DNA of 20,000 nucleotides from Chiloscyllium plagiosum (Eukaryota): positions 52,263,457 through 52,283,456 of the forward strand of contig NC_057719.1 of NCBI RefSeq assembly GCF_004010195.1, written 5' to 3'. The notes beneath the pieces are model-generated. The model was not told the DNA's origin and did no database searches. It saw only the letters and a list, made by a program, of their open reading frames with translations. Shown here piece after piece: positions 1-9,705 of the stretch. The position numbers and the translations under genes are program-made. The first letter of the stretch is position 1. The number at the start of each line of letters is the position of its first letter.

Positions 1-221
1 TAAACTTACTGGCATTAAACCAGGTTTATTTTTATCAGTCAGAAACTCCTCAGAATTTTAATGATAAACTGTGTTCAGTAGAGAGGAGGAGAGTTTAATA
101 TATCGTTCCTGATAATGTCAGTGAAAAACATAGCTTCAAATTATTGGAAAGATGATAAATGAGCTTAGTCTGCAGCCATGGTGTGCATGGAATTGGAAAC
201 AAAGTTAAAAAGAAATCTTAC

Positions 222-325
222 AGTTCATCGATAATGTACTGTCCCATCAACTTGGCAATTAGATTTTTATTGTACATGATAATGATACTAATAAAATTTC
301 TAGTTATATTGAAACTCATCTCAAT
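222..325 (-). CDS. Candidate internal exon of an unidentified host gene (IEMSFNITRNFISIIIMYNKNLIAKLMGQYIIDE+CT)
   Basis: Minus strand: acceptor attattttgcag|, donor |gtaaga, 104 nt, open frame, phase 0 to 2. No recognisable homology. Confidence 0.3.
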
Positions 326-1039
326 CTGCAAAATAATGTGCATCATGATATGAAGATGGCAGAGCATGACAGTGATATTTGATTAATTATTTGCCTTCTT
401 GTCTCTTTATTACCTGTTTACTATATCATTGTCTATGTAAATTCCTGTGAGTCAAGCAGTTTGAATTGATGATATTGCTTTTCCAGAAATGGATTCCCAA
501 GGTACCACGTCTTTTGGCCAAATGACACAGATGGCAAATAATGGAATTCATTTACTGACATGTGACTGAGAGCAACTATTGAGCCTTTGACATGCAACAT
601 TATAATCTGGAGTCAACCACTCATCGATTTGAGCTATTAGACCACACATTTTAATTTCATATCTTCGATATCTTTAATAGTGAAGAAATGAGTGTGCATT
701 TTTGTATGCCCATGGTTTAATAGCTATGTTGACTCAAAAACACCAATTATCTCCTCAGAGAATTGTATTGCCAGTAATAAAACTTCATGGAGTAGCTGCT
801 CCTTACTCTGCAGCTTAATGTATTGCTTCATGTGTGTATAAGCACACTCTGAATATCATGCCACTAAGAAGCTGGTAAATTAAAAATTGAATACTTAGTC
901 AGTATATTTCAGATCAATGTCAGTTCATGAAAATAGCCAAGTTCAAGAGATGCTTAACTGAGCAAGCACAACAATTTGGTGAGTGCAAGAGGTAAGAAGC
1001 TGGGAAGTTGGAGGTGAATGACTCTTTTTACCACCTATA

Positions 1040-1235
1040 ATACTGACAACTGTAGTGTGCTGGTTATACTCAAGAAACTTGACACCATCCCAACAAGGCA
1101 ACCTGCTTGACTGTTATCCCATCCAGCATCTTCAACACTCAGTTCCTCTGGACCAACATATTGTGGCTGTGGTACATCAGATCTAAAGATGTTCTGCTGC
1201 AACGTCAAAGTCTTTTTGGCAATATATCCAGTATC
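1040..1235 (+). mobile_element. Highly degenerate fragment of the LINE 3' region also seen at 7550-7959
   Basis: ctcaagaaacttgacaccatcc...caacctgcttgactg...catcttcaacactcagttcctc resembles the ORF2 C-terminal region just upstream of and overlapping the 7550 copy. Confidence 0.55.
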
Positions 1236-1429
1236 TGTAAATGTACATAAAATGGCAATGTACATAGAGGCAATGGCACCCTGTATTTTGGGGAAATATG
1301 CAATCTGTTCGACTTCTTGTGTTCATTTCACTTGTACATATCTGATAATAAGGTATGAGTTAAAGTTATGTTTCTGTCTATATGGAATATCAGTGACTCC
1401 TTTTACAACTGTATACTGCAAAATGTGTT

Positions 1430-1541
1430 AGGTAAAAACAAGGACTGCAGATGCTGGAAACCCGAGTCAGGATTAGAGTGGTGCTGGAAAAGCACAGCAG
1501 GTCAGGCACCATCCAAGGAGCAGGAAAATCGACATTTTGGG
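1430..1541 (-). mobile_element. Short Penelope-like element end, 5'-truncated inside the hammerhead motif
   Basis: Same sequence as the arms at 3985-4207 (gattagagtggtgctggaaaagcacagcaggtcaggca...). Flanked by 9 bp direct repeat AAATGTGTT at 1421-1429 and 1542-1550. Minus-strand 5' end cccaaaatgtcgattttc is a CpG-decayed cccGAAACGTCgattttc. Confidence 0.85.
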
Positions 1542-2202
1542 AAATGTGTTGTCTCTTCAGCAACCACCCCGAAAAACCAGGTTCATAGGAGTTAAAAGCC
1601 AGAGTCACTTTGACAGTCAAAGAGAGTACTTTGCCAAATTGTGGTTTTGCATTTGTGGCTGCAACAGTTGACAGATTTCAGACATTACCTCCTTTGTGAG
1701 GTGATAATATAATAAGAATTGATTATCACGGATGTTGATATAAGAAAATGGTTACCCAAAGACCTGTGCACATTATATCTATGCAGAGGGTCATGCTACC
1801 TCACCCTCCTCTTTTCAAATAGTTTATCCTATTCTGTATGCCATCTTTTCATTTTCCAAGTCCTGTTCGATTCCCATAGAGAGCACTGCCTTCAATGTCT
1901 GGAGACAACTTATTTCAACTTAAATTTCTATACAGTCAAATTAGGAATTCAGCACCAGCCAGATAATTCCCTGCAGACTATTGAACATTTACTCAAGGAT
2001 GGAAATGCTTAAAACATCTGAGACACTAGCTATACAATCAAGCAACTAACCTGCAAGTAATTTAAGGTACCTTTAAATAGCAATTGTGGGGCATTGGGTG
2101 AAGTCCTCCAACTCATTTAACACATTCTCAACAGTGCAAAGCTAAGACAACATGTAACCTGGGGTTTGGGCTTCAGAAATGGAAAGGCCATCAACAAATC
2201 AG

Positions 2203-2245
2203 TGATTAATATCATAGTTTGCATATGATTAATATCATAGTTTGC
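2203..2245. repeat. Local tandem duplication, 20 bp x2
   Basis: TGATTAATATCATAGTTTGC at 2203-2222 and 2226-2245, exact, with a 3 bp spacer. Confidence 0.9.
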
Positions 2246-3984
2246 TTAGTCTACATGTTGCTAGTTGTTGTTAGATATGTGCATAGAAGTCCATTTACAA
2301 GATGACATCTTATGCAATTTCAATTAGAATTGCCTATACACATCTAGGATTCTATTTATGAACATCCAGAGAGCTTTTGGATGCCTAATATTTGGATTCT
2401 ATGGAGAGCAGCCTCTCTCCTATATTCAGCAAGATTTCATGAGAATTTTGGAATTCAGTATATTGGTAATTGATTTAGACTTGCTCAGTTTTAGTCAAAT
2501 TATGACTGGTGCAAAGCTTCTTTATCAACCATCAAGATTCACAGAAACAATATTCTACTCAAACTGAAGAGCTAGGTATGGATTGAAAGGGTTGATCAGC
2601 AATTCTTATGAGTTAAATTTCAGAATCATTCGCTTGCATGCAGTTGAATTGATACCAACAATCAATGTGAATTGTTATTTTCTAATTGATGGATGAGCAG
2701 AACTTTTAATATTCATTGCTTGGTCAAGAGGTTAACTTCATTCTAAACAGCTATGAAACAGTGTAATTGTGTATACATGATTCTAGTGATTTAACCTGGC
2801 AACTGTTACAACAACATTTATGTCTTTCCATTTAATTTAAAGAATCTGCCTCTGCTGTGCTCCGATGAATGTTAATTGAAATTCCATATCTGTATTATCA
2901 TACTTTTCAAATATGATTGTCTGGTCTCAAAAGCATTGCATCTCCCCAGATCAAAATGTTTTTATTGGTTTAAATACCACTTATTTATTGAATTACTAAT
3001 ATTTCACTGTTAAAATGTGGGGTTAAGAACCAAAAATGTGAAAAAGTAAAATAAGTAAAAAGCAGCAAATCGTCAACTTTACTTCGTAAGCTCCATTAAG
3101 TAGCAAGGCATTGTAAAAAAAAAATAGCCAATTAAAACTATTCAAAGATCCCTCCCATTTCTTCCAGTTGCTTTTTTGTTTCTTCACTCAAGTCAGTGGA
3201 TGTAGAGAGTAATAATAGATAGTTTTTTTTTCACTGTAGCTTCTCCTAACCTCTTACCACAATGTCAGTGAAAAACCAATGAAAATTTTGAAGAAGAGAC
3301 GTAAAGACTATTTCTTTCAGAATTCTGCTGAAGATACATTAGGAAATTAGGAAAATCAATTTAAATTCTACATAAAATTCTTATTTTAGTGATAAATGTC
3401 ACACTGCTACCATGGGAATTTGGGTGGAATATTCTGCTTTCAGTCATTCTCAAGATGTGAGTATTATTAGAAAGGCCAGCATTTATTGTACGTCTGTAAT
3501 TAATCTGGAGAAGGTCATGGTGAATAACCTTTTGAACCAATGCAGTTTACATGGTATGGGTGCATTTACTTATGGTTAGTAAAGGCATTGGCCAAAGGTT
3601 AGTGAAGGAATGCCACTAAAGCTCCAAGTCAGTACGCATATGACCTAGAGAGAGACTTGTAGCTGATGGTGTTCCTATGCACCTGCTGTGCGTGTTTTTT
3701 TCCCCTGGAAGTTGGAAGTCAAGTGTTTACAGGATGCTATTGAATAAATGTAGGTTAGTTACTGCAGTGAATTTACTGTAAGATGCATATTGCTGTGACT
3801 GAATGCTAAAGGTGCAGAAAGTGTCTGTTTAAGATGATGCATAGAGTGCTAAATGAATGGGCTGCTTTTACCTTGATGATATGGACCAATTGAGGTGTTT
3901 TTGGAGCTATAGTCATCTAAGGAAATGGTGAAAATTTCATCAAAGGCTAGACTTGTGCCTTGGAAATTGGCAAGTGTTTTGGCA

Positions 3985-4207
3985 AGATTAGAGTGGTGCT
4001 GGAAAAGCACAGCAGATCAGGCAGCATCCAAGGAGCAGGAAAATCGATGTTTCGGACAAAAGCCCTTCATCTGGAATCCTGATGAAGGGCTTTGGCCCGA
4101 AACGTCGATTTTCCTGCTCCTCGGATGTTGCCTGACCTGTCGTGCTTTTCCAGCACCACTCTAATCTTGACTCTGATCTCCGGCATTTGCATTACTCACT
4201 TTTGCCT
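3985..4207 (+). mobile_element. Penelope-like element end with inverted 5' duplication (fold-back palindrome)
   Basis: Arms 3983-4075 and 4077-4169 are reverse complements (about 9 mismatches in 93 bp by eye). Exact 13 bp TSD AAGTGTTTTGGCA at 3972-3984 and 4208-4220. Confidence 0.9.
4073..4112 (+). ncRNA. Minimal type I hammerhead ribozyme motif (PLE-associated)
   Basis: Core CUGAUGA (4079-4085), extra A, stem II GGGC-uuug-GCCC (4087-4098), GAAA (4099-4102), palindromic ACGU stem III, cleavage triplet GUC (4104-4106), stem I GGAAUC/GAUUUU (4073-4078 with 4107-4112). Confidence 0.8.
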
Positions 4208-5089
4208 AAGTGTTTTGGCAGTCAAGAAGTGAGTCAGAGCTCTGATTTACAATTGTAACCAATTGGAATGCCCACCCATTAAAACGCTTACTACTTATTG
4301 GAATTCCCAAGGGTGAGTCTAAATCAGGCCTTCATACCTTCTCTGAAAGGCCACTCAGATAATCACATCATTGACCTTACTGCACGGCCAACATACTGGA
4401 AAATAATCTCACCAATTTCCTTCCCATCTGATTTACATCAGCAAGAATTGTCAGTAAATCAGCATTAATCAACTGTCCTGGTGTAGCTTGGCTGAAAAAG
4501 TAATTAGTCCTGGAGTACAAATCTACAATAAAACAGGGGAAATTAGCAATGAGTTTGTAATGACTTCGGGTGTTAAATAACAGTGTTAAATAAGACGCAG
4601 AGATGTTATAAAGTGTCTTGATATGATTCAAATGACCTTTGATTTTCAACCTCACATGCAAATGAGTGTCATTCTTTATGTCCACAGGGCTAGGTGCATT
4701 AAATTTTTAAATTTTTTTTGCCGTAGTTACATCTTATTTCCTTTACAACAAAGTTGTGTTGACTTTCAGCACCAAGGAAAAGACCGTCTCCAACAGTGCC
4801 TTTGTTGATTTGCAGCGGGAGTAAGCAGGTTGGAAGTGGAAGGCCTGGCCTCATTTGGACGGTCTTGAGAGGATACTTCTGAGGGTCCAGAATGTGGTCC
4901 TTCCTCTTACTGGGTGCATGTGGTCTCCTTGTGAGAAAGAGGCTGAGGCTGTTTCTCCATGGCGGTGTGGACATCTCTGCAAGGTAAAGAGAGAGAAGGC
5001 ACCCCAGCCAGTGATTAGGAGTGGCACACAATGTAAGACATTGACAGTGAGCTGACTGTGTAAGTTACAGGGGAAAGAAGAACGATATT

Positions 5090-5855
5090 TACTCACTTGA
5101 CCAGACATGGGAGCAGTGCCGGTCTGCTGCAAGTGTCAAGATTTTATCGTCACAGTGGCTGAGAAATCTGATGGTGGACCCATCTCCTGACGAAGGGCTC
5201 TGGTCTGAAACATCAATTCTCCTGCTCCTCGGATGCTGCCTGAGCTGCTGTGCTTTTCCAGCAATACAGTCTGGACTCTGATCTCCAGCACCTGCAGACC
5301 TCACTTTCTCTTGGTGGATCCATCTGTCCATGTCTGCCCTATTGAGGGCTGTTGTATTCTGAAATCAGAGTAAAGAACGAATTGAGTGAGGTCAAAGTGG
5401 GTGAACAACTGTTAGTGCTGATGCAAGTGGGAGAAAGGTGGCGAGGTGTTCAGAGAGATTGAATAGGCGGTATAGAGTTCATACAGGGTTAATAGTGTGA
5501 AAGGTTGGATTTGTGAGAGTGAGTTAGAGTGCATGCAATAGTCAAAGTGGCAGAGTGTGAGGCTTGGTAACAGAGAGATAGTGAAAGTGAGGCAGCAGAG
5601 AGAAGGGTGTGGGACTTAGCCTGGTGGAACAGAGAAGGTTATTGAGCTTTTTTAGCACTGCTGGCTATTCCTCTTCCCACTGAGACAGCACTGATACCAT
5701 TGGTGACTTTGGATCAGGCTACCAGAATCCAGTTGTGTTTCCTCCCTGTTGGCCCAGCACAAAGAAGACTTCGCTCCTTTGCACCACCCCAATCATCAGA
5801 ACCTCTAGGACCCTGCCAGACAATTGCTCTGCCTTCTTCCCCTTCTCTGATATGT
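5090..5855 (-). pseudogene. Harbinger-type Myb/SANT-like DNA-binding gene relic (spliced, with stops and frameshifts)
   Basis: Minus-strand translation 5855-5620: KGKKAEQLSGRVLEVLMIGVVQRSEVFF...A*SKVTNGISAVS...RNSQQC*KKLNNLLCSTR, matching the LE.LV..V..R..VLF / W..VA..VSAVS / R...QC.KK.NDL pattern. Then a pyrimidine-rich intron, acceptor gatttcag| near 5359, and a second exon (NTTALNR...) ending at gtgagt near 5095. Confidence 0.65.
5186..5311 (+). mobile_element. Short Penelope-like element end with decayed hammerhead
   Basis: Begins cCTGACGAagggctctggtctGAAAcatc followed by the shared tail (cctgctcctcggatgctgcctga...). 14 bp TSD TGGTGGA(C/T)CCATCT at 5172-5185 and 5312-5325. Confidence 0.88.
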
Positions 5856-6297
5856 TTGGGATCTATCCTTCAATGAATAAGACAGTTTCAGAATGCCAAC
5901 AGTTGTCCGGCTTTTAAAATATGATCTGGGCACCATGCAGGCTGGACTTTGGTAGATATCCACTGATGGATGTATTCTTCTGAGAATAATGGTTGGTGCG
6001 ATTGAGCCAGAATTAAACCTGAAGCCTACCATGAGGTGGCATAGATAATTAATATGAAAATTTGACAAGATACAAAGAGAAATCTCACTGTACCTCAAGG
6101 TGAGAATCCCTTTAAAAAATAATACAACTCACTTTTGCCATAAAAAGTAAATGATTCAGCTTTGTATACTTTGAAACTGCAGGGTAAGATTGATTTATAC
6201 AACTTTATAATACAAAAGGTTCTAGTCTCTTCACATCAGACTAACAAAACATGTGGAAGAACATAGTGTGCAAAAATTATAAAACTATCATATTTAC

Positions 6298-6398
6298 CTG
6301 CTGCAAATCCATCCCATTTGTTTTCCACCATGTGCTAATAATATAGGTTAACGTGAATCCTCCATATAGTAGCATATCTAGATAGTACCTTGTAATAT
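6298..6398 (-). CDS. Candidate host exon ((D)ITRYYLDMLLYGGFTLTYIISTWWKTNGMDLQQ)
   Basis: Acceptor ttatag|, donor cag|gtaaat, 101 nt, phase 1 to 0, open frame. A stronger upstream acceptor (tctttttacag| at 6553) would give GATYFCFMCALIYVTFGVHSIILFI* instead. Confidence 0.27.
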
Positions 6399-6940
6399 CT
6401 ATAATGTTGTATTCAAAGACTTCAATAATATAACATCATTCAGAAAGCAAACGTTTGTATACAATAGAGCTGTATTCAAATGAATAAAATTATTGAATGA
6501 ACTCCAAATGTAACATAAATTAAGGCACACATAAAACAAAAGTATGTTGCACCTGTAAAAAGATATTTAAAAATAAATTAATTAAACATTTTGTCCTATT
6601 GTAAGTTCTAATTAATTAGTTTAAAACCTTTATAACCTATTCGTTTTCGTCACAAATATAATTCAGAAATATCTAACACATTAATTTAAATCATTTCAAT
6701 TAATATTAAATACAACATTGTTATAATTATGTAATTATGTCTGGTATTTATTTTTGCTGGCACCTTCATTGAAACCTAGACTGTTATGATCCCCAAGGTG
6801 GAACCTTAAAACAAAATAATTACGTTTATTAAACTTTCCCAAAATGAAGAAAATACCAACAAGGTTCTACTTGTTGTAGCTATCACTTACCATGAATCAG
6901 AACCACCACATATTACATATGGAATATAGATAACTGACAC

Positions 6941-7166
6941 CTCAGTTGGTTGGATTGATGCTCTCTGGTGTAGAATGATATCAACACCGTGGGTTTGATT
7001 CCTGCATCAGCTGAGCTTGCCATTGAAGGATTCTCCTTCTGAACCTCTCCCTTCAACTGAAATGCGGTGACCCTCAGGTTAATTCATCACCAGTTGTCTG
7101 TCTGTCTCTCTCTCTGAAGAGAGATCAGCCCAATGATCTGGTAGGACTATGTTGACTTTTTCTTTC
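6941..7166 (+). mobile_element. tRNA-derived SINE
   Basis: A-box-like CTCAGTTGGTT (6941-6951), B-box-like GGGTTTGATTCC (6991-7002). Body ...gaccctcaggttaattcatcaccag, (TC)n, and tail ggtaggactatgttgactttt recalled from shark SINEs. Confidence 0.7.
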
Positions 7167-7230
7167 ACCTCTACTATACGTCCAATAGGCAACAGCTCCT
7201 GTTTCCTTTCCACCAAGGATCAAAACTGAC

Positions 7231-7372
7231 CTTTTCTTGAACCTAATTTGCTTTTCTTCTCAAGATTTCCTGGTTTTCTGACTTCTGTTTCTGTCTGCTT
7301 TCCCTTTGTGTCTGTACCTGTGCAGGGATCACCTTCGCACCCAGCTACTCTGCGTGGTGCTCTCCTTTGTAT
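7231..7372 (-). CDS. Candidate host exon (IQRRAPRRVAGCEGDPCTGTDTKGKQTETEVRKPGNLEKKSKLGSRK)
   Basis: Good donor aag|gtcagt, acceptor ggtag| downstream of a polypyrimidine tract, 142 nt, phase 0 to 1. It is the only open frame of the three and is purine-rich. Confidence 0.33.
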
Positions 7373-7549
7373 CTACCAGGCAATTACTTTCCTTCCCAGA
7401 GGGAAAAATCAATAAAAAAAGGAACACTGAGAGATGAATGCATTGGTGTTTAATATCCTCCATTTTGTAGCATACAAGATAAGTTGGACCCATCACGTTG
7501 GCCAGTTTTACTATTTTTTTCATCCTGGATTCCTGCTTATGTTACTTAA

Positions 7550-7959
7550 TTGGCATCACATCTACGAACATTCAATCCCTCCACCACTGACGTTCAATAG
7601 CAGCCGTATGTACCATCTACAAGAAATTTATGAAAGATCCTTAGACAGCACCTTCCAAACCACAACCATTTCCATCTAGAAGGACAAGAGCAGCAGGTGC
7701 TTGGGAACACCACCACCTACATGTTCCCCTCCAAGCCACTCACCACACTGACTTGGAAATGTACTGCCGTTCTTTCACAGTCATTGGGTCAAAATCCTGG
7801 AATTCCCTCTCTTCTGGCATTGTGGGTCAACCCACAGCAAGTGGACTGCAGCAATTCAAGAAGGCAGCTCACCACCACCTTCTTAAGGGCAAATAAGGAT
7901 GGGCTATCAATGCTGGCCAGCCAACGACGCCCATGTCCCACAAATGAACAAAACAAAAC
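7550..7959 (+). mobile_element. 3' end of a non-LTR retrotransposon (CR1/L2/Jockey supergroup, clade unresolved)
   Basis: Translates NIQSLHH*RSIAAVCTIYK...GSKSWNSL...QFKKAAHHH (WNSL...FK is a LINE ORF2 C-terminal motif). Short 3' UTR and A-rich tail. Related copies at 3439, 12087, 10799. Confidence 0.85.
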
Positions 7960-8281
7960 TTCTAGGTCAAGAGTCACCAGGTCATGTAGATTTTTAACAA
8001 GCTATAATCCCCTTAATTGGCCGCGCACTGCTACTGAGTGACAAACCCACCATGTCCCTTGTGAAAAGAATGAAAGATGACGTGAAGTGCTCTCCAAGTC
8101 AAGACAGAACTCACCAGATTTCCCATCTGATTCTGTCACAAATGTCACCATAGCACCTATTGCTCAGACACACGGCAAACTTTATTGAGCAAACATTTAA
8201 ACATATGTTTATGAAAAGCATTGAAGATGACATAGAAGTTTTATGGCCAGGTGTTGGCCAATATATGCCATGACCTCATTC

Positions 8282-8368
8282 AATAAAAACTGCAGTTGCT
8301 GGTGAAACTCAGTATCTGTGGAAAGAAACCAGAGTTAACATTTCAGGTCCAATGACTCTTCATCAGGA
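8282..8368 (-). mobile_element. Second Penelope-like family end with hammerhead-like core
   Basis: Minus strand: ttcCTGATGAagagtcattggacctGAAAtgttaactctggtttctttccacagatactgagtttcaccagcaactgcagttttt. No clear TSD. Confidence 0.7.
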
Positions 8369-8384
8369 ATCTTTGCCTAAACAA

Positions 8385-8835
8385 CTGGCTTCCCCCACTT
8401 GCAGAGTGTTATTGATTGCATGCATTCATGCTGAAAGTGCCATTTCATACAGGGCTGATTTAATTAACAGGAAAGACTTGCATTGGATCGAAGTCCAAAT
8501 CATATATGATCATCATTACAACATCTTAAAAGTCTGCTGTACGTACCCTGGAAGCTGCCATGACACCATTTTTGAGGACTCTCTGCTTCTTCAAAGGTGA
8601 CTGCTGGAAGACAAGGCCTATTCTCTGCCACTATGGCTGAATGCTGCAATACACAACATTATGTCTGAGGCAGAGTATTGGTACAATGCAGCCCATTCTT
8701 TCACATTGCCATCATTGAGCAAATAATGGAGACCCCAAGATGAAGTTTTGATGTTGGATCAGTGTTGGGGGAATCTTGCAGTACAGTCTAGCCAAATTGT
8801 CCCACGTATTCTAAACACACTGTGCTCCATGCAAA
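8385..8835 (+). pseudogene. PIF/Harbinger DDE transposase relic (HARBI1/DDE_Tnp_4-like)
   Basis: Across frameshifts: GFP.LQSVIDCMH / INRKDLHWIEVQIIYDHHYNILKVCCTYPGSCHD / G*LLEDKAYSLPLWL / SEAEYWYNAAH / IEQ...KMKF*C...GGILQYS, matching the Harbinger motifs IDGTH, NRKGFHS, PGSxHD, LLGDxGY, ExRYNxAH, LKxRFRCL. Confidence 0.85.
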
Positions 8836-8930
8836 AGGAGCAGACAAGAGGGGGGATATGTTGAACAGTGTAAAAATTGTGTGAGATAACTCACCAATGT
8901 TCATGAAACTCCTTCATAAAACTCACCTTT

Positions 8931-9454
8931 CAGAAAGATGTTGTGAAACTTGAAAGGGTTCAGAAAAGATTTACAAGGATGTTGCCAGGGTTGGAGGATG
9001 TGAGCTATAGTGAGAGGCTGAATAAGCTGGGGCTGTTTTCCCCGGAGCGTTGGAGGCTGAGAGGTGACCTTATAGAGATTTATAACATCATGAGGAGCAT
9101 GGATGGGGTAAATAGACAAGGTATTTTCCTTGGAGTGAGGGAGTTCAGAACTAGAGGGCATAGGTTTAGGGTGAAAGGGGAAAGATATAAAAGGGATATA
9201 AGGGGTAATTATTTTCACACAGAAGGTGCTGCGTGTAAGGAATGAGCTGCCAAAGGAAGTGATAGAGGCTGGTACAATTACAATATTTAAAAGGCATCTG
9301 GATGGGTATACGAATAGGAAGGGTCTAGAGGGATATGGGTCAGGTGCTGGCAAATGGGACTAGATTGGGTTAGGATATCTGGTCAGCATGGATGAGTTGG
9401 GCTGAAGGAACTGATTCCGTGCAGTACATCTCTATGTCTCTCTGACTCTATGAC
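8931..9454 (+). mobile_element. 5'-truncated CR1 (HER1-like) LINE, 3' end
   Basis: ORF LERVQKRFTRMLPGL...RLRGDLIEIY...TRGHRFRV. Tail of (TCTATGAC)-like 8-mers at 9431-9454. Imperfect TSD TAAAACT(C/G)AC(C/G)TTT at 8917-8930 and 9455-9468. Confidence 0.93.
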
Positions 9455-9669
9455 TAAAACTGACGTTTAGCCAAAATCCTGTATGTGAAAATTCAACACA
9501 AAATTTCCACCTCTGATTTCTAATTCTGAGGGTGTCTTATTCATTACTAAGAAGTGCTTTTTATTGGCTTATGAACGGGGTCCCCAACTCTGTAGAGTCT
9601 TACAGGCTCAACAAACGTCCATCTTGTATACCACAGAAATAACATTTCATTGCTCAAACCATTGACACG

Positions 9670-9705
9670 CAGAGATACAGAGACGTACAGAGATGTACAA
9701 AGATG
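9670..9705. repeat. Short degenerate ~10 bp tandem repeat
   Basis: cagagata-cagagacgta-cagagatgta-caaagatg. Confidence 0.6.

Larger units (their letters stand above)
3439..4240 (-). mobile_element. Degenerate LINE 3' end (same family as 7550-7959), interrupted by the PLE palindrome
   Basis: aggccagcatttattg...ggagaaggtcatggtgaataaccttttgaaccaatgcagt is the reverse complement of the 7850-7930 tail. Similarity appears to resume after the TSD (gtcaagaagtgagt, 4221-4234). Confidence 0.75.

Noticed and set aside
913..978. Plus-strand 66 nt candidate exon (tttcag|...|gtgagt)
   Set aside because: Good splice signals but short and isolated; expected by chance in 20 kb.
1690..1764. Minus-strand 75 nt open segment (SLGNHFLISTSVIINSYYIITSQR)
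   Set aside because: Phase 2-2 does not fit the neighbouring candidate exons, and the polypyrimidine tract is poor.
1800..1930. Possible very old reverse CR1 3' UTR fragment
   Set aside because: Resemblance too weak to support by eye.
2203..2245. Direct repeat as a possible CRISPR-like array
   Set aside because: Only two copies with a 3 bp spacer in vertebrate DNA; a simple duplication.
2348..2465. Plus-strand AG/GT-bounded segment open in two frames (overlaps ORF 2358-2567)
   Set aside because: Weak acceptor, no recognisable homology, and no consistent plus-strand exon chain.
3983..4169. Palindrome as a DNA-transposon MITE or pre-miRNA gene
   Set aside because: Arms are asymmetric relative to the TSD (38 extra nt on the right), the TSD is 13 bp, and single-arm copies exist with their own TSDs, which fits retro-insertion rather than TIRs.
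1368..5331. ORFs sharing LEWCWKSTA.QA.SKEQENR (1368, 3925) and related antisense ORFs (1390, 5089)
   Set aside because: They are translations of the non-coding PLE tail repeat, not a paralogous gene family.
8901..9353. 150 aa minus-strand ORF, and similar antisense ORFs at 13885-14737 and 19319-19957
   Set aside because: Antisense shadows of CR1 coding sequence.
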